This document shows, one piece after another, positions 1 to 15,619 of a stretch of DNA of 64,000 bases. The notes beneath the pieces are model-generated. The model was not told where the DNA came from. It worked only from the letters and a program-made list of their open reading frames with translations, and did not search any database. The stretch comes from the human T2T-CHM13v2.0 reference genome, Homo sapiens. The first letter of the stretch is position 1. Every line of letters begins with the position of its first letter. The translations under genes were made by a program, and so were the position numbers. The stretch lies in the NCBI RefSeq assembly GCF_009914755.1, contig NC_060937.1; one strand, 5' to 3'.

Positions 1-953
1 AACCTGAAGAATGGGAGAAAGTTTTTGCAACCTACTCATCTGACAAAGGGCTAATATCCAGAATCTACAATGAACTCAGACAAATTGACAAAAAAAAAAA
101 AAAAAACAACCCCATCAAAAAGTGAGTCAAAGGATATGAACAGACACTTCTCATTAGAAGACATTTATGCAGCCAAAAAACGCATGAAAAAAATGCTCAT
201 CATCACTGGCCATCAGAGAAAAGCAAATCAAAACCACAATGAGATATCATCTCACACCGGTTTAAATGGCGATCATTAAAAAGTCAGAAAACAACAGGTG
301 CTGGAAAGGATGTGGAGAAATAGAAACACTTTTACACTGTTGGTGGGTCTGTAAACTAGTTCAACCATTGTGGAAGTCAGTGTGGCGATTCGTCAGGGAT
401 CTAGAACTTGAAATACCATTTGACCCAGCCATTCCATTTCCGGGTATATACCCAAAGGACTGTAAATCATGCTGCTATAAGGACACATGCACACGTATGT
501 TTATTGCAACACTATTCACAATAGCAAAGATTTGGAACCAACCCAAGTGTCCAACAATGATAGACTGGATTAAGAAAATGTGGCACATATGCACCATGGA
601 ATACTAGGCAGGAGAAAAAATGAAGGGTTCATGTCCTTTGTAGGGACATGGATGAAACTGGAAACCATCATTCTCAGCAAACTATCACAAGGACAAAAAA
701 CCAAACACCACATGTTCTCACTCATAGGTGGGAATTGAACAAGGAGAACACATGGACACAGGAAGGGGAACATCACACACTGGGGACTGTTGTTGGGTGG
801 GGGGAGTGGGGAGGGATAGCATTAGGAGATATACCTAATGCTAAATGACGAGTTAATGGGTGCAGGACACCAGCATGGCACATGTATACATATGTAACAA
901 ACCTGCACGTTGTGCACATGTATCCTAAAACTTAAAGTATAATAAAAAAAAAA
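1..953 (+). mobile_element. L1PA (L1PA4-like) 3' end: ORF2 C-terminus, 3'UTR, poly(A); 5' part lies outside the window
   Basis: ORF 266..607 reads CWKGCGEIETLLHCWW...WNQPKCPTMIDWIKKMWHI (ORF2 C-terminus). 3'UTR GCATTAGGAGATATACCTAATGCTAAATGACGAG, ending CTTAAAGTATAATAAAAAAA. Confidence 0.95.
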
Positions 954-1655
954 GTCAAGAAACAACAGATGCTGGCAAGGCTGTGGATAAATAAACACTT
1001 TTACACTGTTGGTAGGAATGTTAATTAGTTCAATCATTGTGGAAGACAGTTTGGCGATTCTGCAAGGATCTAGAACCAGAAATACAATTTAACCCAGAAA
1101 TCTGATTACTGGGTATATATGCAAAGGACTATAAATCATTCTATTATAAAGATGCATGCACGCGTATGTTTATAGCAGCACTATTCCCATTAGCAAAAAC
1201 ATGGAATCAATCCAAATGTCCATCAATGATAGACTAGATAAAAAATGTGGTACATACACGCCATGGAATACTATGCAGCCATAAAAAGGAATGAGATCAT
1301 GTCTTTTGCAGGGACATGAATGAATCTGGAAACCATCATCTTTAGCAAACTAATACAGGAACAGAAGACCAAACACCACATGTTCTCACTCATAAGTGGG
1401 AGCTGAATAATGAGAACACCTGGACACAGGGAGAGGAACAACACACACTGGGGCCTGTCAGTGGGGATGGGGAGAGAGAGCATCAGGATAAATAGCTAAC
1501 ACATGTGGGGCTTAATACCTAGGCACCTAGGTTGTGGGTTGATAGGTACAGCAAATCATCATAGTGCACGTTTACCTACGTAACAAACATGCATATCCTG
1601 CACATGTATCCTGGAACTTAAAATAAAATTTAAAAAAATAAAATAAAAAGAAAAC
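954..1655 (+). mobile_element. Older L1PA 3' end (host of the preceding L1)
   Basis: Resumes at GTCAAGAAACAACAGATGCTGG; older-type 3'UTR (GAGCATCAGGATAAATAGCTAA) and A-rich tail to ~1655. Confidence 0.88.
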
Positions 1656-1669
1656 AGAAGAGTACAGCA

Positions 1670-2078
1670 AATTGGCTCACAGTTCCACAGCCTGTACAGC
1701 AAACATGATGCTGACATCTTCTCAGCTTCTGGGGAGGCCTCAGGACACTTAACAATCATGGTGGAAGGGAAAGCAAGAGCAGGAGGAAGAGAGAGAGGGG
1801 AAAGGTCCTACACACTTTAAACAACAAGATCTCATGAGAACTCTATCACAAGAGCAGAGCTAAGGGGTTTGTGCTTAACCATTAGAAACTACTCCCATGG
1901 ACCAGCCACCTCCCAGCAGGCCCCATCTCCGACAGTGGGAACCACTGGAGGCTGCTCCCGTGGACCCGCTGCCTTCCAGTAGGCCCCGTCTCCAACACTG
2001 GGAACCACTGGAAACCGCTCCCATGGACCAGCCACCTCCCAGCAGGCCCCATCTCCGACACTGGGGATTACATTTCTA
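1670..2078 (-). mobile_element. MST-type MaLR LTR fragment containing a 63-bp triplication
   Basis: TTGGCTCACAGTTCCACAG...CTTCTGGGGAGGCCTCAGG...AATCATGGTGGAAGG are MST/THE1 motifs. Repeat units start at 1878, 1941 and 2004. Confidence 0.8.
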
Positions 2079-2949
2079 CAGAAGTTTCCAATAATTCTGG
2101 AACACATACTAATAACATATTTATAAAAATACAGTCCAAAGTAGACCAAACACCATTCACTCTTCTACTTGAACGTTTTCCCTCTATTCTAATGTCACAA
2201 TCTCTAGCGTTATTAATCAGAATCCTGCATTTAAGGGCATCTGTTAAATTTTATAGCTGATTATAAAACCATCATTTAAAGAGGACCAAAATGAGACAAC
2301 AATTGTCTGTGGATGACAAAAACATTAAGGGCAGCCACAGTTAAAGACACGAACAACAGCCTTTAAGGTAGAATTTTCTGTAGAACCTATTATGAGGGAG
2401 ATATTTCTAGTTATTACCTCTTTTATTCTAAACCATAGAAAAAGGACCTATCAAATAAAGTCCTTCTAGAAGAGTGAAGGGCTCCTGGCAATGTTCTCTT
2501 TAATCCATGATGTGGGATAAAGGGAGTTTTGACTGATTATGAGGCAATATATATACCACTAAAGTTTCAACAACCTAAAAGAAAAAAAAAAAAGCAGGGG
2601 AGGGATGTCCTGGAAGAACCAGATGGAGCCATAGCAGAAGATGATTTCAATCCACTGACCCCTGAATTGTGGGCTGGTTGTGCTGCATTGCTCTGCGACT
2701 TATGGTTCTGCCGCAACAAAGATCTAATTCCCAGGGTTATAGCAAAAGACATTTGCGGTACCCCTGAGGCACAGAGAAGGGAGAAATCCAAACCTGACTT
2801 AAGTCTAGGGTTCTTAAACCACACAATCTCCTCACAAGGAGGACCTTAACTCTGAAGATACTGATTTGGGGCTGTTTCAAAGAAAGAAATTATAAATATG
2901 AGTGGGAAAGAGAACAATCTTCCCCATATCCAGTGTCAAAAAAATGAGG

Positions 2950-3566
2950 CAGAGGGAAGGAAAGAAGGAAGGAAGGAGGAAAGGAAGGAAGGAAGAAAGG
3001 AAGGAGAGAGGGAAGGAAGGAGAGAGGAAAGAAAGGAGGGAAGGAAGGAGAGAGGAAAGAAAGGAGGGAAGGAAAGAGAGAGGGAAGGAAGGAAGGAAGT
3101 AGGGAGGGAGGGAGGGAGGGATGGAAGGAAGGAAGGAGAGAGGGAAGGAAGGAATGAAGGAAGGAGAGAGGGAAGGAGGGCAGGAAGGAAGGAAGGAAAG
3201 AAGGAAGGAGAGAGAGAAGGAAGGAAGGAGGGAGGGAGGGAAGGAAGGAAGGAGAGAGGGAAGGAAGGAAGGAGGGAAAGAAGAAAGGAAGAAAGGAAAG
3301 AGGGAAGGAAGGAAGGCAGAAAGGAAGGAGGGAAGGAAGAAAGGAAGGAAGGAAAGGGAAGGAAAGAGGGAAGGAAGGAGGGAAGGAAGGAGGGAAGGAA
3401 GAAAAGAAGGAAGGAAAGAGGGAAGGAAGGAGGGAAGGAAGGAGGGAAGGAAGAAAGGAAGGAAGGAAAGAGGGAAGGAAGGAAGGAAAGATGGAAGGAA
3501 GGAGGGAAGGAAGGAGGGAAGGAAGGAAGGAAACGAAGGAAACAAGGAAGGAAAGAAGGGAAGGAA
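2950..3566. repeat. Compound (GGAA/GGGA/GAAA)n polypurine microsatellite, ~620 bp
   Basis: Almost pure purine strand; source of the artefactual PSFL and EGRK ORFs. Confidence 0.97.
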
Positions 3567-4039
3567 CTTGGATATGCACAAAAACAAAATTTAAATTAAA
3601 ACGGAAGTCTATCATCTGACCTAATTGGAAATGTACTATTTTCTAAAACAATTTATACAGTCCAAATATAAAAGGGTGCTGATTGGTATTTGTAACTCTC
3701 CAGCATATATTCTGAATCAATTTGAACATCTGCTGAAATCTACCAATTTGCATACCTTCACAAACTTAATCAATACTGGAGCTGAAAGTTTGTTATACCT
3801 GAGATTTCACTAAATTTAAACATTGCAACCCTAACTCTAGCAGAGTAACTGCATATAGAATAGAGGGCACATACTTATGCCTCACATTTGTTACCTTGAC
3901 TAAATTTCCCGTTGTCATAGAAGCCTTTGTCCACAGGGGACCTGGATGCTCTGACCCAATGAGTAACAAATTGATATTAAATCATTTGCACTTACACATT
4001 GACTTCACCAAATGTAACCTTACAGAACTCCCCTCCTGT

Positions 4040-4360
4040 TTTTTTAAAATTTGATTTATTTTTAATTTTTCATTTTTTTAGAGATGGGGTCTTCCTCCAT
4101 TACCCAGGCTGAATGAAGTGCGGTGACGCAATCATAGCTCACTGCTGCCTCGAACTCCTGGGCTCAAGCAATCCTCCCATTTTAGCCTTCCAAGTAGCTG
4201 GGATTACAGGCATGCACCAACACAGCCAATTAAAAAAATTTATAGAAGTGGAGTCTTGCTATGTTGCCTAGACTGGTCTCAACCTTCTGGCCTCAAGCAA
4301 TCCTCCTGCCTCGGCCTCCCAAAGTGCTGGGATTACAGGTGTGAGCCATCGTGCCTAGCC
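4040..4360 (-). mobile_element. AluJ
   Basis: CATAGCTCACTGC...CTCCTGGGCTCAAGCAATCCTCCC (AluJ diagnostics), T-rich tail on the left. Confidence 0.9.
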
Positions 4361-4617
4361 TCCCCATCTTGATAAATTAGCAAATATGGTAAAATATAAA
4401 TTACAACATGACTTCAAATAAATAAAACTTATTATATAAGACCTAATTAATTAGTGAAGGGGTGATAATCCTCATTGCTTCAACGTTTAGCAGTAGAATT
4501 TGGCCTGTTCTTAAACCTGCATATAATATATGGTGTTTCACAGTGGATTGCTGTAATGTGACTGCAGTGCTCCCATCCATTAAGGCCCTCGTACCCATTG
4601 CCAAATATTGTGGCTAA

Positions 4618-7170
4618 TTTTTTTTTATTGCAATAGGTTTTTGGGGAATATGATGGGGTTTTTTTAATTTCAATAGGATTTTGGGAAACAGGTGGTGTTT
4701 GGTTACACGAATAAGTTGTTTAGTGGCGATTTCTGAGATTTGCGGTGCACCCATCACCCAAGCAGTGTACACTGTACCCAATGTGTAGTGTTTTATCCCT
4801 CACCGCACCCACCCCACCACTCCCAGCGTTTCCCTGAGTCCTCGAAGACCATTGTATCATTCTTATGCCTTTGCATCCTCATAGCTTAGCTCTCACTTAT
4901 GAATGAGAACATACAATGTTTGGTTTTCCATTCCTAAGTTGCTTCACTTAGAATAATGGTGTCCAGTTTCATCCAGGTTGCTGTGAATGCATTATTTCAT
5001 TCTATCTTATGGCTGAGTAGTATTCCATGTGGTAAATATTTATACCACATTTTCTTTATCCACTTATGGATTGGTGGGCATTTAGACTGGTTTCAAATTC
5101 TTCCAATTGCATATTGTGCTGCTATAAACATTCGTGTGCTAGTATCTTTTTCATATAATGACTTATTTTCCTCTGAGTAGATACCCAGGAGTGGAATTAC
5201 TGGATCAAATGATAGATCTGCTTTTACTTCTTTGGAAATCTCCTCGCTGTTTTCCATAGCTGTTGTACTAGCTTACATTCCCTCCAAAAAGTGTAAAAGT
5301 GTTCCCTTTTTGCCACATCCATGCCAACATCTATTAGTTTTTGATTTTTTGATTATGACCGTTCTTGCAGGAGTGAAGGGGTATCATATTGTCTTATGGT
5401 TTTGATTTACCTTTCCCTGATAATTAGTTATGTTGAGCATTTTTTCATGTGTTTGTTGGCCAGTTGCTTCTTTTGAGAATTGTCTGTTCATGTCCTTAGC
5501 CCACTTTTTGATGGGATGTTTTCCTTGCTGCTTTGTTTGAGTTCCTTGCAGATTCTGGGTATTACTCCTTTAATCAGAAGTACAGATTGCGAAGATTTTC
5601 TGCCACTCTGTAGGTTATCTGTTTACTCTGCTGATTATTTCTCTTACTGTGCAGAAGCCTTTTAGTTTAATTAAGTTTCATCTATTTATCTTTGCTTTAG
5701 TTGCATTTGCTTTTTGGGTTATTGGTCATGAAGTCTTTGCCTAAGCCAATGTCTAGAAGAGTTTTTCCAATGTCGTCTTCTAGAACTTTTATGGTTTCAG
5801 GTATTAGATTTAAGTCCTTGATCCATCTTGAGTTGATTTTTGAATAGGGTGAGAAATGAGCATCCACTTTCATTCTTCTATGTGTGGCTTGCCATTTATC
5901 TCAGCACCATTTGTTGAATAGGGTATTTTTCTCTGCTTTATGTTTTTGTTTGTTTTGTTGAAGATTAGATGACTATAAGTATTTGGCTTTATTTCTGGGT
6001 TCTCTATTATGTTACATTGATCTATATGGCTATTTTTATACCAGTACCATGCTGTTTTGGTGACTATGGCCTTCTAGTATAGTTTGAAGTCAGCTTCTAG
6101 ATTTGTTCTTTTTGCTTAGTCTTGCTTTGGCTATACAGACTCTTTTTTGGTTCTAGGCTTTTATTACCTTAAGGTATGTCCCTTCTATGTCTTTTTTAGT
6201 TCCATGTGAATTTTTGTAGTTCTGTGAAGACTGATGTTGGTACTTTAATGGGGATTGCATTGAGTTTGTAGATTGCTTTTGGCAGTATGGTATTTCACAA
6301 TATTGATTGTACCCATCCTTGAGCATGGGATACGTTTCCATTTGTTTGTGTCTATGATTTCTATCAGCAGTGTTTTGTAGTTTTCCTTGTAGAGGTCTTT
6401 TGTCTCTTTGGTTAAGTATTCCGGATATAATTAAGATTTTGTCTGCAAAGATTGCATGCAATTGACAATTATAGGAATATACTATTATAATTATAAGAAT
6501 TATAATATTCCTAAGGTTTTTATTGCAGCTATTGTAAAAGGGGGTGAGTTTTTTATTTAATTCTCAGCTTGTTCACTATTACTGTATAGCAGAGCCACTG
6601 ACTTGTGTACATTAATTTTGTATCCTGAAACTTTGCTGAATTCATTTACCAGTTCTAGTAGCTTTTGGGATGTGTCTTTAGGGCTTTCTAGGTATACGAT
6701 CGTGTCATCAGCAAAGAGTGACAGTTCGACTTCCCCTTTACCGATTTGGATGCCTTTATTTCTCTTATCTGATTGCTCTGGCTAGAACTTCTAGTTCTGT
6801 GTTGAATAGAAGTGGTGAAGGTTGGAATCATTGTCTTGTTCCAGTTCTCAGGGGGAATGCTTTCAAATTTTCCCCATTCTGTATAATGTTGGCTGTGTGT
6901 TTGTCATATATGGCTTTTATTACCTTAAGGTATGTCCCTTCGATATTGATTTTGCTGAGGGTTTTAATCATAAAGGGATTCTGGATTTTGTCAAATGCTT
7001 TTTCTATGTCGATTTTGCTGAGGATTTTAGGCATAAAGCGATGCTGGATTTTGTCAAATCCTTTTTCTGCATGTATTGAGATGATCATGTGATTTTTGTT
7101 TTTAATTCTCTTTATATGGTGTATCACATTTATTGACTTGCATATGTTTAACCGTCCTGCATCTCTGGTT
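4618..7170 (-). mobile_element. L1PB-type 3' portion (ORF2 end plus 3'UTR), 5'-truncated
   Basis: TTTCAATAGG..TTTTGGGAAACAGGTGGTGTTTGGTTACA is an L1PB 3' end. Minus ORFs give [17 protein letters not shown] and [12 protein letters not shown] (L1 RT). Confidence 0.9.
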
Positions 7171-7199
7171 TCTCCTCAGATCGTATGCATCTTTCACCT

Positions 7200-7620
7200 T
7201 TGATGGTTCATTTTATTTGCCAAGTTGGGTTGCCTAGAGATTTGGTTAAACACTCTGGATATGTCTGTGAGGGTGTTCCTTGATGAGATGAATATTTGAC
7301 TATGTAGACTTAGTAAAGTAGTTGCCCTCCCCAATGTGAGTGGACCTCATCCAATCCATTAAAAACTCAAATGAAACACAAAAGTAGAGGAAGAGAGAAT
7401 TCACTCTCTTTGTCTGATGATTTCAGAGCTGAGACGTAGATTGAAGTCAGACGTGGACTCTAACTGATGCCATCAGCTTTCCTTGTTCTCAGGACTTTAG
7501 GCTTCAACTGGAACTCCAACATTGGCAGTCCTGGGTCTCCAGCTTGCTGACTGCAGGTCCTGGGACTTCTTAGCCTCCATAACCACATGAGCCAATTCCT
7601 TATAATAAACCTATATATAT
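7200..7620 (+). mobile_element. MLT2-family (ERVL) LTR
   Basis: TGATGGTT..TTTTAT start, GGATATGTCTGTGAGGGTGTT, CCCTCCCCAATGTG, and AGCCTCCATAACCACATGAGCCAATTCCTTATAATAAA. Confidence 0.8.
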
Positions 7621-10140
<2,520 letters not shown>

Positions 10141-11359
10141 TATTGTGACACCTAAAATTTCATGAAGCACCCCACCATGTCCTCAGCCTAATGGCTTTCA
10201 TGCCCCCACCAGACTGCAAAACTCTGAATTAGTCAAGCACATCCCTGAAGGGACCAGGGGTTACCCCACCTTCTGATTTCTATCAAGCCTGTCTCCCACA
10301 CCCTCTGCTCCAGAGCGCAACCCCCGGGTAGACCTGCATAGATGCAGTGTCATCCCCTGCTGGGCTGAGTATGTGTGACGAATGAATTACTTTGAATTTC
10401 ATCTGCTCAGTGTTTGTTTTGCCTGCAGCCATTCCCAGAATTCTAGGGCAAGACTAGCTTCTTCGCCAATAGGGTGAACAGGAAGGAACCCAACTAGGAA
10501 TTGCCTTTTTAAAAAAATCCCTTCCCACCCTCTTAATTATGTAATGCATGCATTTTTATAGCTTTTTTGCTCATTCCATTATCTGAGGTCAGCCACTGAT
10601 ATTTAACCCATCCTTAGCCTCGGAGGAGGGCAGAGGAGCACTGGTCATATTGATTTTGCTAGTGGTGACATGATTTCCTCCTGTGCCACTCAAGAGCTCT
10701 CCTTCTTTAACTTGATGCTCAGTAGGTTGCATTTCACTCATCTTTGCAGATTGTTAGGAAGATGAGAATCAGCTTTCATTTTTGATGTTGCCATAGGGAA
10801 GACTCTATGGTAATGTTTATTTGCACAATCAACTTTTTCTTATTTTCCCCCAGAAATTGCAAACTCTTATGTGAGAGACAGCTTTCTGGAGTCTGCAAAC
10901 ATAGATTATCTTCTCTCTTTTGGTGGCAAATTTCTTATATCCCCACCAACAATAAAATAGTTACATATAATTTTGGTATGTCATATTGATTGCCAACTAC
11001 AAGTAAGAACATTCCTTGATTTTAAATCTAGATTAATTATGAAAATTTGGGAGCCACAAAAAATTATTGTGTACAAATTTATAGACCTCTTCTTAGGATT
11101 AAATGAGTTAATATTAACTAATATTTATTGTGCAGTTAAGGTATGGCAGAAGCTTCCTATGTAGTATTTCATTTTATACTTAAAACAATATTCCATGCAA
11201 AATGCTATAATTTCCCCATGCCTCCAATTTGGACATGATAAAACTGGGTCTCGTAAAGTTTTCACCCCAGAGTTCTCTGCTTAGTAAGAAGTAGAAGGAA
11301 GTCTAAACCTAAGTCATCTGATTTCAAAGCCCATATAGTTAAAGGCTCTAAATGCAGCT

Positions 11360-11893
11360 TCCCATGGTGATGGTGACTATGAGGGCCTGTCACATATGAT
11401 GTAGGACCCCAGTGCTTCCCTGTAATATGTGCAGGATTCCCGTGATGACGGTGACTATGAGAGCCTGTCACATACGATGTAGGACAGTGCTTCCCTGTAA
11501 ACATGCGCAAGATTCCCATGGTGATGGTGACTATAATCCTGTCACCTATGATGTAGGCAGTGCTTCCTCTGTAACATGCACAAGATTCCCGTGATAATGG
11601 TGACTATGACAGCCTATCACATATGATGTAGAGCCCCAGTGCTTCCTCTGTAACATGCACTAGATTCCTGTGATGATGGTGACTATGAGATCCTGTCACA
11701 TACGATGTAGGACAGTGCTTCCCTCTAACATGCACAAGATTCCCGTGATGATGGTGACTATGAGAGCCCATCACATATGATGTAGGACAGTGCTTCCCTG
11801 TAACATGTACAAGATCCCGTGATGATGGTGAGTATGAGAGCCTGTCACATATGATGTAGGACAGTGCTTCCTCTGTAACATTCACAAGATTCA
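11360..11893. repeat. Minisatellite, ~7 copies of ~75-77 bp
   Basis: Unit TTCCCGTGATGATGGTGACTATGAGAGCCTGTCACATATGATGTAGGACAGTGCTTCCCTGTAACATGCACAAGA, starting near 11360, 11437, 11515, 11586, 11665, 11740 and 11815. Confidence 0.95.
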
Positions 11894-12470
11894 CCCGTGG
11901 ATTTATTAAAATGCAAACTCATAGTCCACACTTTGACTAGCTAAGATAAGAGCATTTAAATGGATGTCCTGGTGACAGTGCTAAGATGCTACTGTTCATG
12001 TGGGCACTGGCTCACCATATTAACGAAGCTTAGGACCTCCAGTCCCTGCTGGAAAAGAAATACAGATACATAGGATGTGACTGTGCATATGGAATATCTG
12101 TTGTGTTCTGGACATTGTACTAGACACTAGAGATAAAAAGTCAAATATTCCTTGCCTCTATCTGAAAGGAGCTTCCTTCTCAGTGGCTTCTGACTGCAGT
12201 GTATATTTTCTCTTCTGTCCTGGGTGGGTGAGCTCTATCTCAATGTTGGTAACTGAACACTGCCCAGTGGGTTTGATGAGGGAGATCACAGCTAGCTGCG
12301 CTCCCACATAGCTATGACCATAGCATACCTCGTGATGCCATTTCCCCCTTGTCAGAAGTGTCCCTCCAGTATCATACATGCTCCCCATGATTATAAATTC
12401 TTCCTCCTTCCACTAAATGTTCCTAAATCTTGCAAAGATAAAAACATAATCCACATTCTCATCATATTAG

Positions 12471-12806
<336 letters not shown>

Positions 12807-13003
12807 AAATTCCTTACTTTTCATGTGTTTAATATTTTCTCCCAATTTATAGAATATATTGATTAAGAATAAATTTTAGCCACACATATCTATTAAAAAC
12901 TTCATGATATACTTTGCTATTTTTAAATTTCTTATGCTCTTATAAAATGTGTGTTCTGGACTCATGTTGGCTTCCATTTCTTCCCTCTGGCTTCTATTAG
13001 TTT

Positions 13004-13103
13004 AGGCTATGAGCAGAGATGGACAAGGTGGCTACTGTAATGGATCAAGGCTATGAGCAGAGATGGATGAGGCAGCGGCTGTAATCGATCAAGGCTATGA
13101 GCA
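13004..13103. repeat. 44-bp tandem repeat, 2.3 copies
   Basis: AGGCTATGAGCA at 13004, 13048 and 13092. Confidence 0.9.
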
Positions 13104-13214
13104 TCTTGTGAAGTAGGATGTTAAATCTGTAAATATTAGAATGAATCCAAATTTATCAATTCAAAACTGCATTGTAAAACAGCTCAAAACGGACTAAAAA
13201 CACAGCTCTACAAG

Positions 13215-13494
<280 letters not shown>

Positions 13495-15619
13495 CTCTAA
13501 ACGAAGGTGGCTAGAAAATTAGCTCAACTTGTTCCTGTCTGGTTAAATACAAACATAAATGAACTACTTATATGCCCCAGTGGCTTCATAATGTTGAAAG
13601 CAAAGTCAATTGTTCTAGCAGGTTCTGGAAAACTTTATCATATCATGGGGTTCAATGAAAATATCAAATCATAAATATAACAATCAAATCTGAAAGTGAA
13701 TCTAGTTTCAAAGATCTCAGAAACCACTGTGTAGGAAGCTCTTTTCAGATAGAGACAAGGGATTATTTGACTTCTTATCTCTGTTGTCTAGCACAATGTC
13801 CAGAACACAACAGACATTCCATATCCATAGTCACATCCTATGTATGTGTATTTCTTTTCCAGCAAGGACTAGAGGTCCTAAGCTTTGTTTATATGGTGAG
13901 CCAGTGCCCAGATGAGCAGCAGAATCTTAGCACAGTCACCTACACACTCATTTCAATGCTCTGTCCCCTTATCCAAGCTAGTCAAAGTGTGGTCTATGGT
14001 TTTGCATTTTAAGGAGATCCCCGGGTGAATCTTGTGGCTGTCAAAGGAGGAGAAGCACTGCCGAAAAGGTGAACTAATTTATTGAGGCAGGCTGGCTATT
14101 TATTTATTTATCTTGTTGATGAGAAGATTCAAATTGACATACACAATTACCCCCATAAAGATTTCAGGTAAAAAACAAACAAAGGTTTAGATATCAGATG
14201 TGTTTTACAACTACCACACCACTCTTTACTACAGCATCTAGTAGCACAGAAATTAGGTGAAAATTTCTGTCTCATGAGCCTTCTGTCAGTACTTTTAAAA
14301 TTGGATACTCAATAAATAGTGGCCAAATTGAATCTCTTACAGGCATGTCACTCAAACTGCAGTCATACTTTCCAATAGGCCCCATAAAAATCCTTGTTCT
14401 GGAGCAATCTAATATATTTATCCACCTCTTTAGACACTTAGGTAAGTATAATAATACAAGTTTTTTTGTGTGTGTGTGTGTGTGTATTGTGTACCTTGTG
14501 GCCTCTTGCCCAGTTTCGCAACACCTGAAGCTGAGGCAAGTTTAATGTAAATAACCTCCAGCAATGTTAGAAATGTTGACTTTTATGTGTCCGTCAGGAA
14601 AAAAGGATGAATATTATTGTAGAGGAAATTTTCATTTTGGAAAAAATGAATACTGTTTGAATATTACTTTCATGCTTTCCACAGATATTATACACAGATA
14701 TTATATTCCAAGGGTTATGTTTCAAAGTCATCAAAAATAGAAAATACATTGTATATTTCTAGCTGAAAATAATAACAGTAATTAGCCTACCTTTGGGGAA
14801 ATGTGATAAAAATATTAATGAACATCAAAACTCATTAAAAGCACAAAATGTGCAATGATTTAAACTACATGTTCTTTATATGAATTATACATGTAGACAT
14901 ATAGACACGTTTGATAAATGTTATTTAAAATCTGAGTGCTTTGGTAAATGATTCAGTCATCTGTAGATTGAAGGGATTACTTTTATCTGTCTTCATAGTG
15001 AGAATTAGATTTCTATTCTTTATAAAGCAGGGAATATAGATTGTGCATGGAGTAAAATCATTCAATCCTTATTAATAATGATGGTAGCTGCGCTGCAGAG
15101 GAGAAAGACTGTCAGAGTAACGTGTTCAGTTTTACATCATAATCAGAGTGTGTCGATCTCTGCTTAAGGCAGAATTAAAAAGTGCTTCAGCATTTTTTAA
15201 ATAATAGATGAAAAACATCTCAAAGTCACTTTTAAAATTTGAATGAACAATTCCACATAACAGGAAAAGGACCAAGAACATCTTAAAGAAATATTTCACG
15301 ATGGAAGTGATGTTTTGAGTGCAATTTCATCAAGGAGAAGTTTTTCCAGAAAGTCTTTTGACCTCAGGAAGAATCTCATTAGTTTACTCTGGTAAATAGT
15401 TTCTAGTAAAATGAGAAAGAGTTGACTTTTTAAAAACAATAAAAAAATTACACGGTTTAATCTAATGTTGTGATTTCGAAAGTGCTGCTTGTGCCCTCAT
15501 AGTTACGCATGTGTATTTATATGCATTTTCATCGCTCACTCAAACGCCAATAAAATATGTTACTATCCAGGCTCCTTTAAAGCCAAATTAATTTCTAAAA
15601 GTGAGGATTGTATGTATTC

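Noticed and set aside
1-1655. Apparent tandem duplication of an L1 3' end
   Set aside because: The two 3'UTRs are from different subfamilies; better explained as a younger L1 nested in an older one.
2529-2849. 106-aa ORF in non-obvious sequence
   Set aside because: No recognisable protein, non-ATG start, spans an A-run; the surroundings may be decayed ERV1 internal sequence.
2877-3615. 230-240 aa ORFs (PSFL / EGRK repeats)
   Set aside because: Translations of a GGAA microsatellite that lacks stop codons.
11360-11893. Possible CRISPR-like array
   Set aside because: Whole units repeat with no unique spacers; eukaryotic context with no cas genes.
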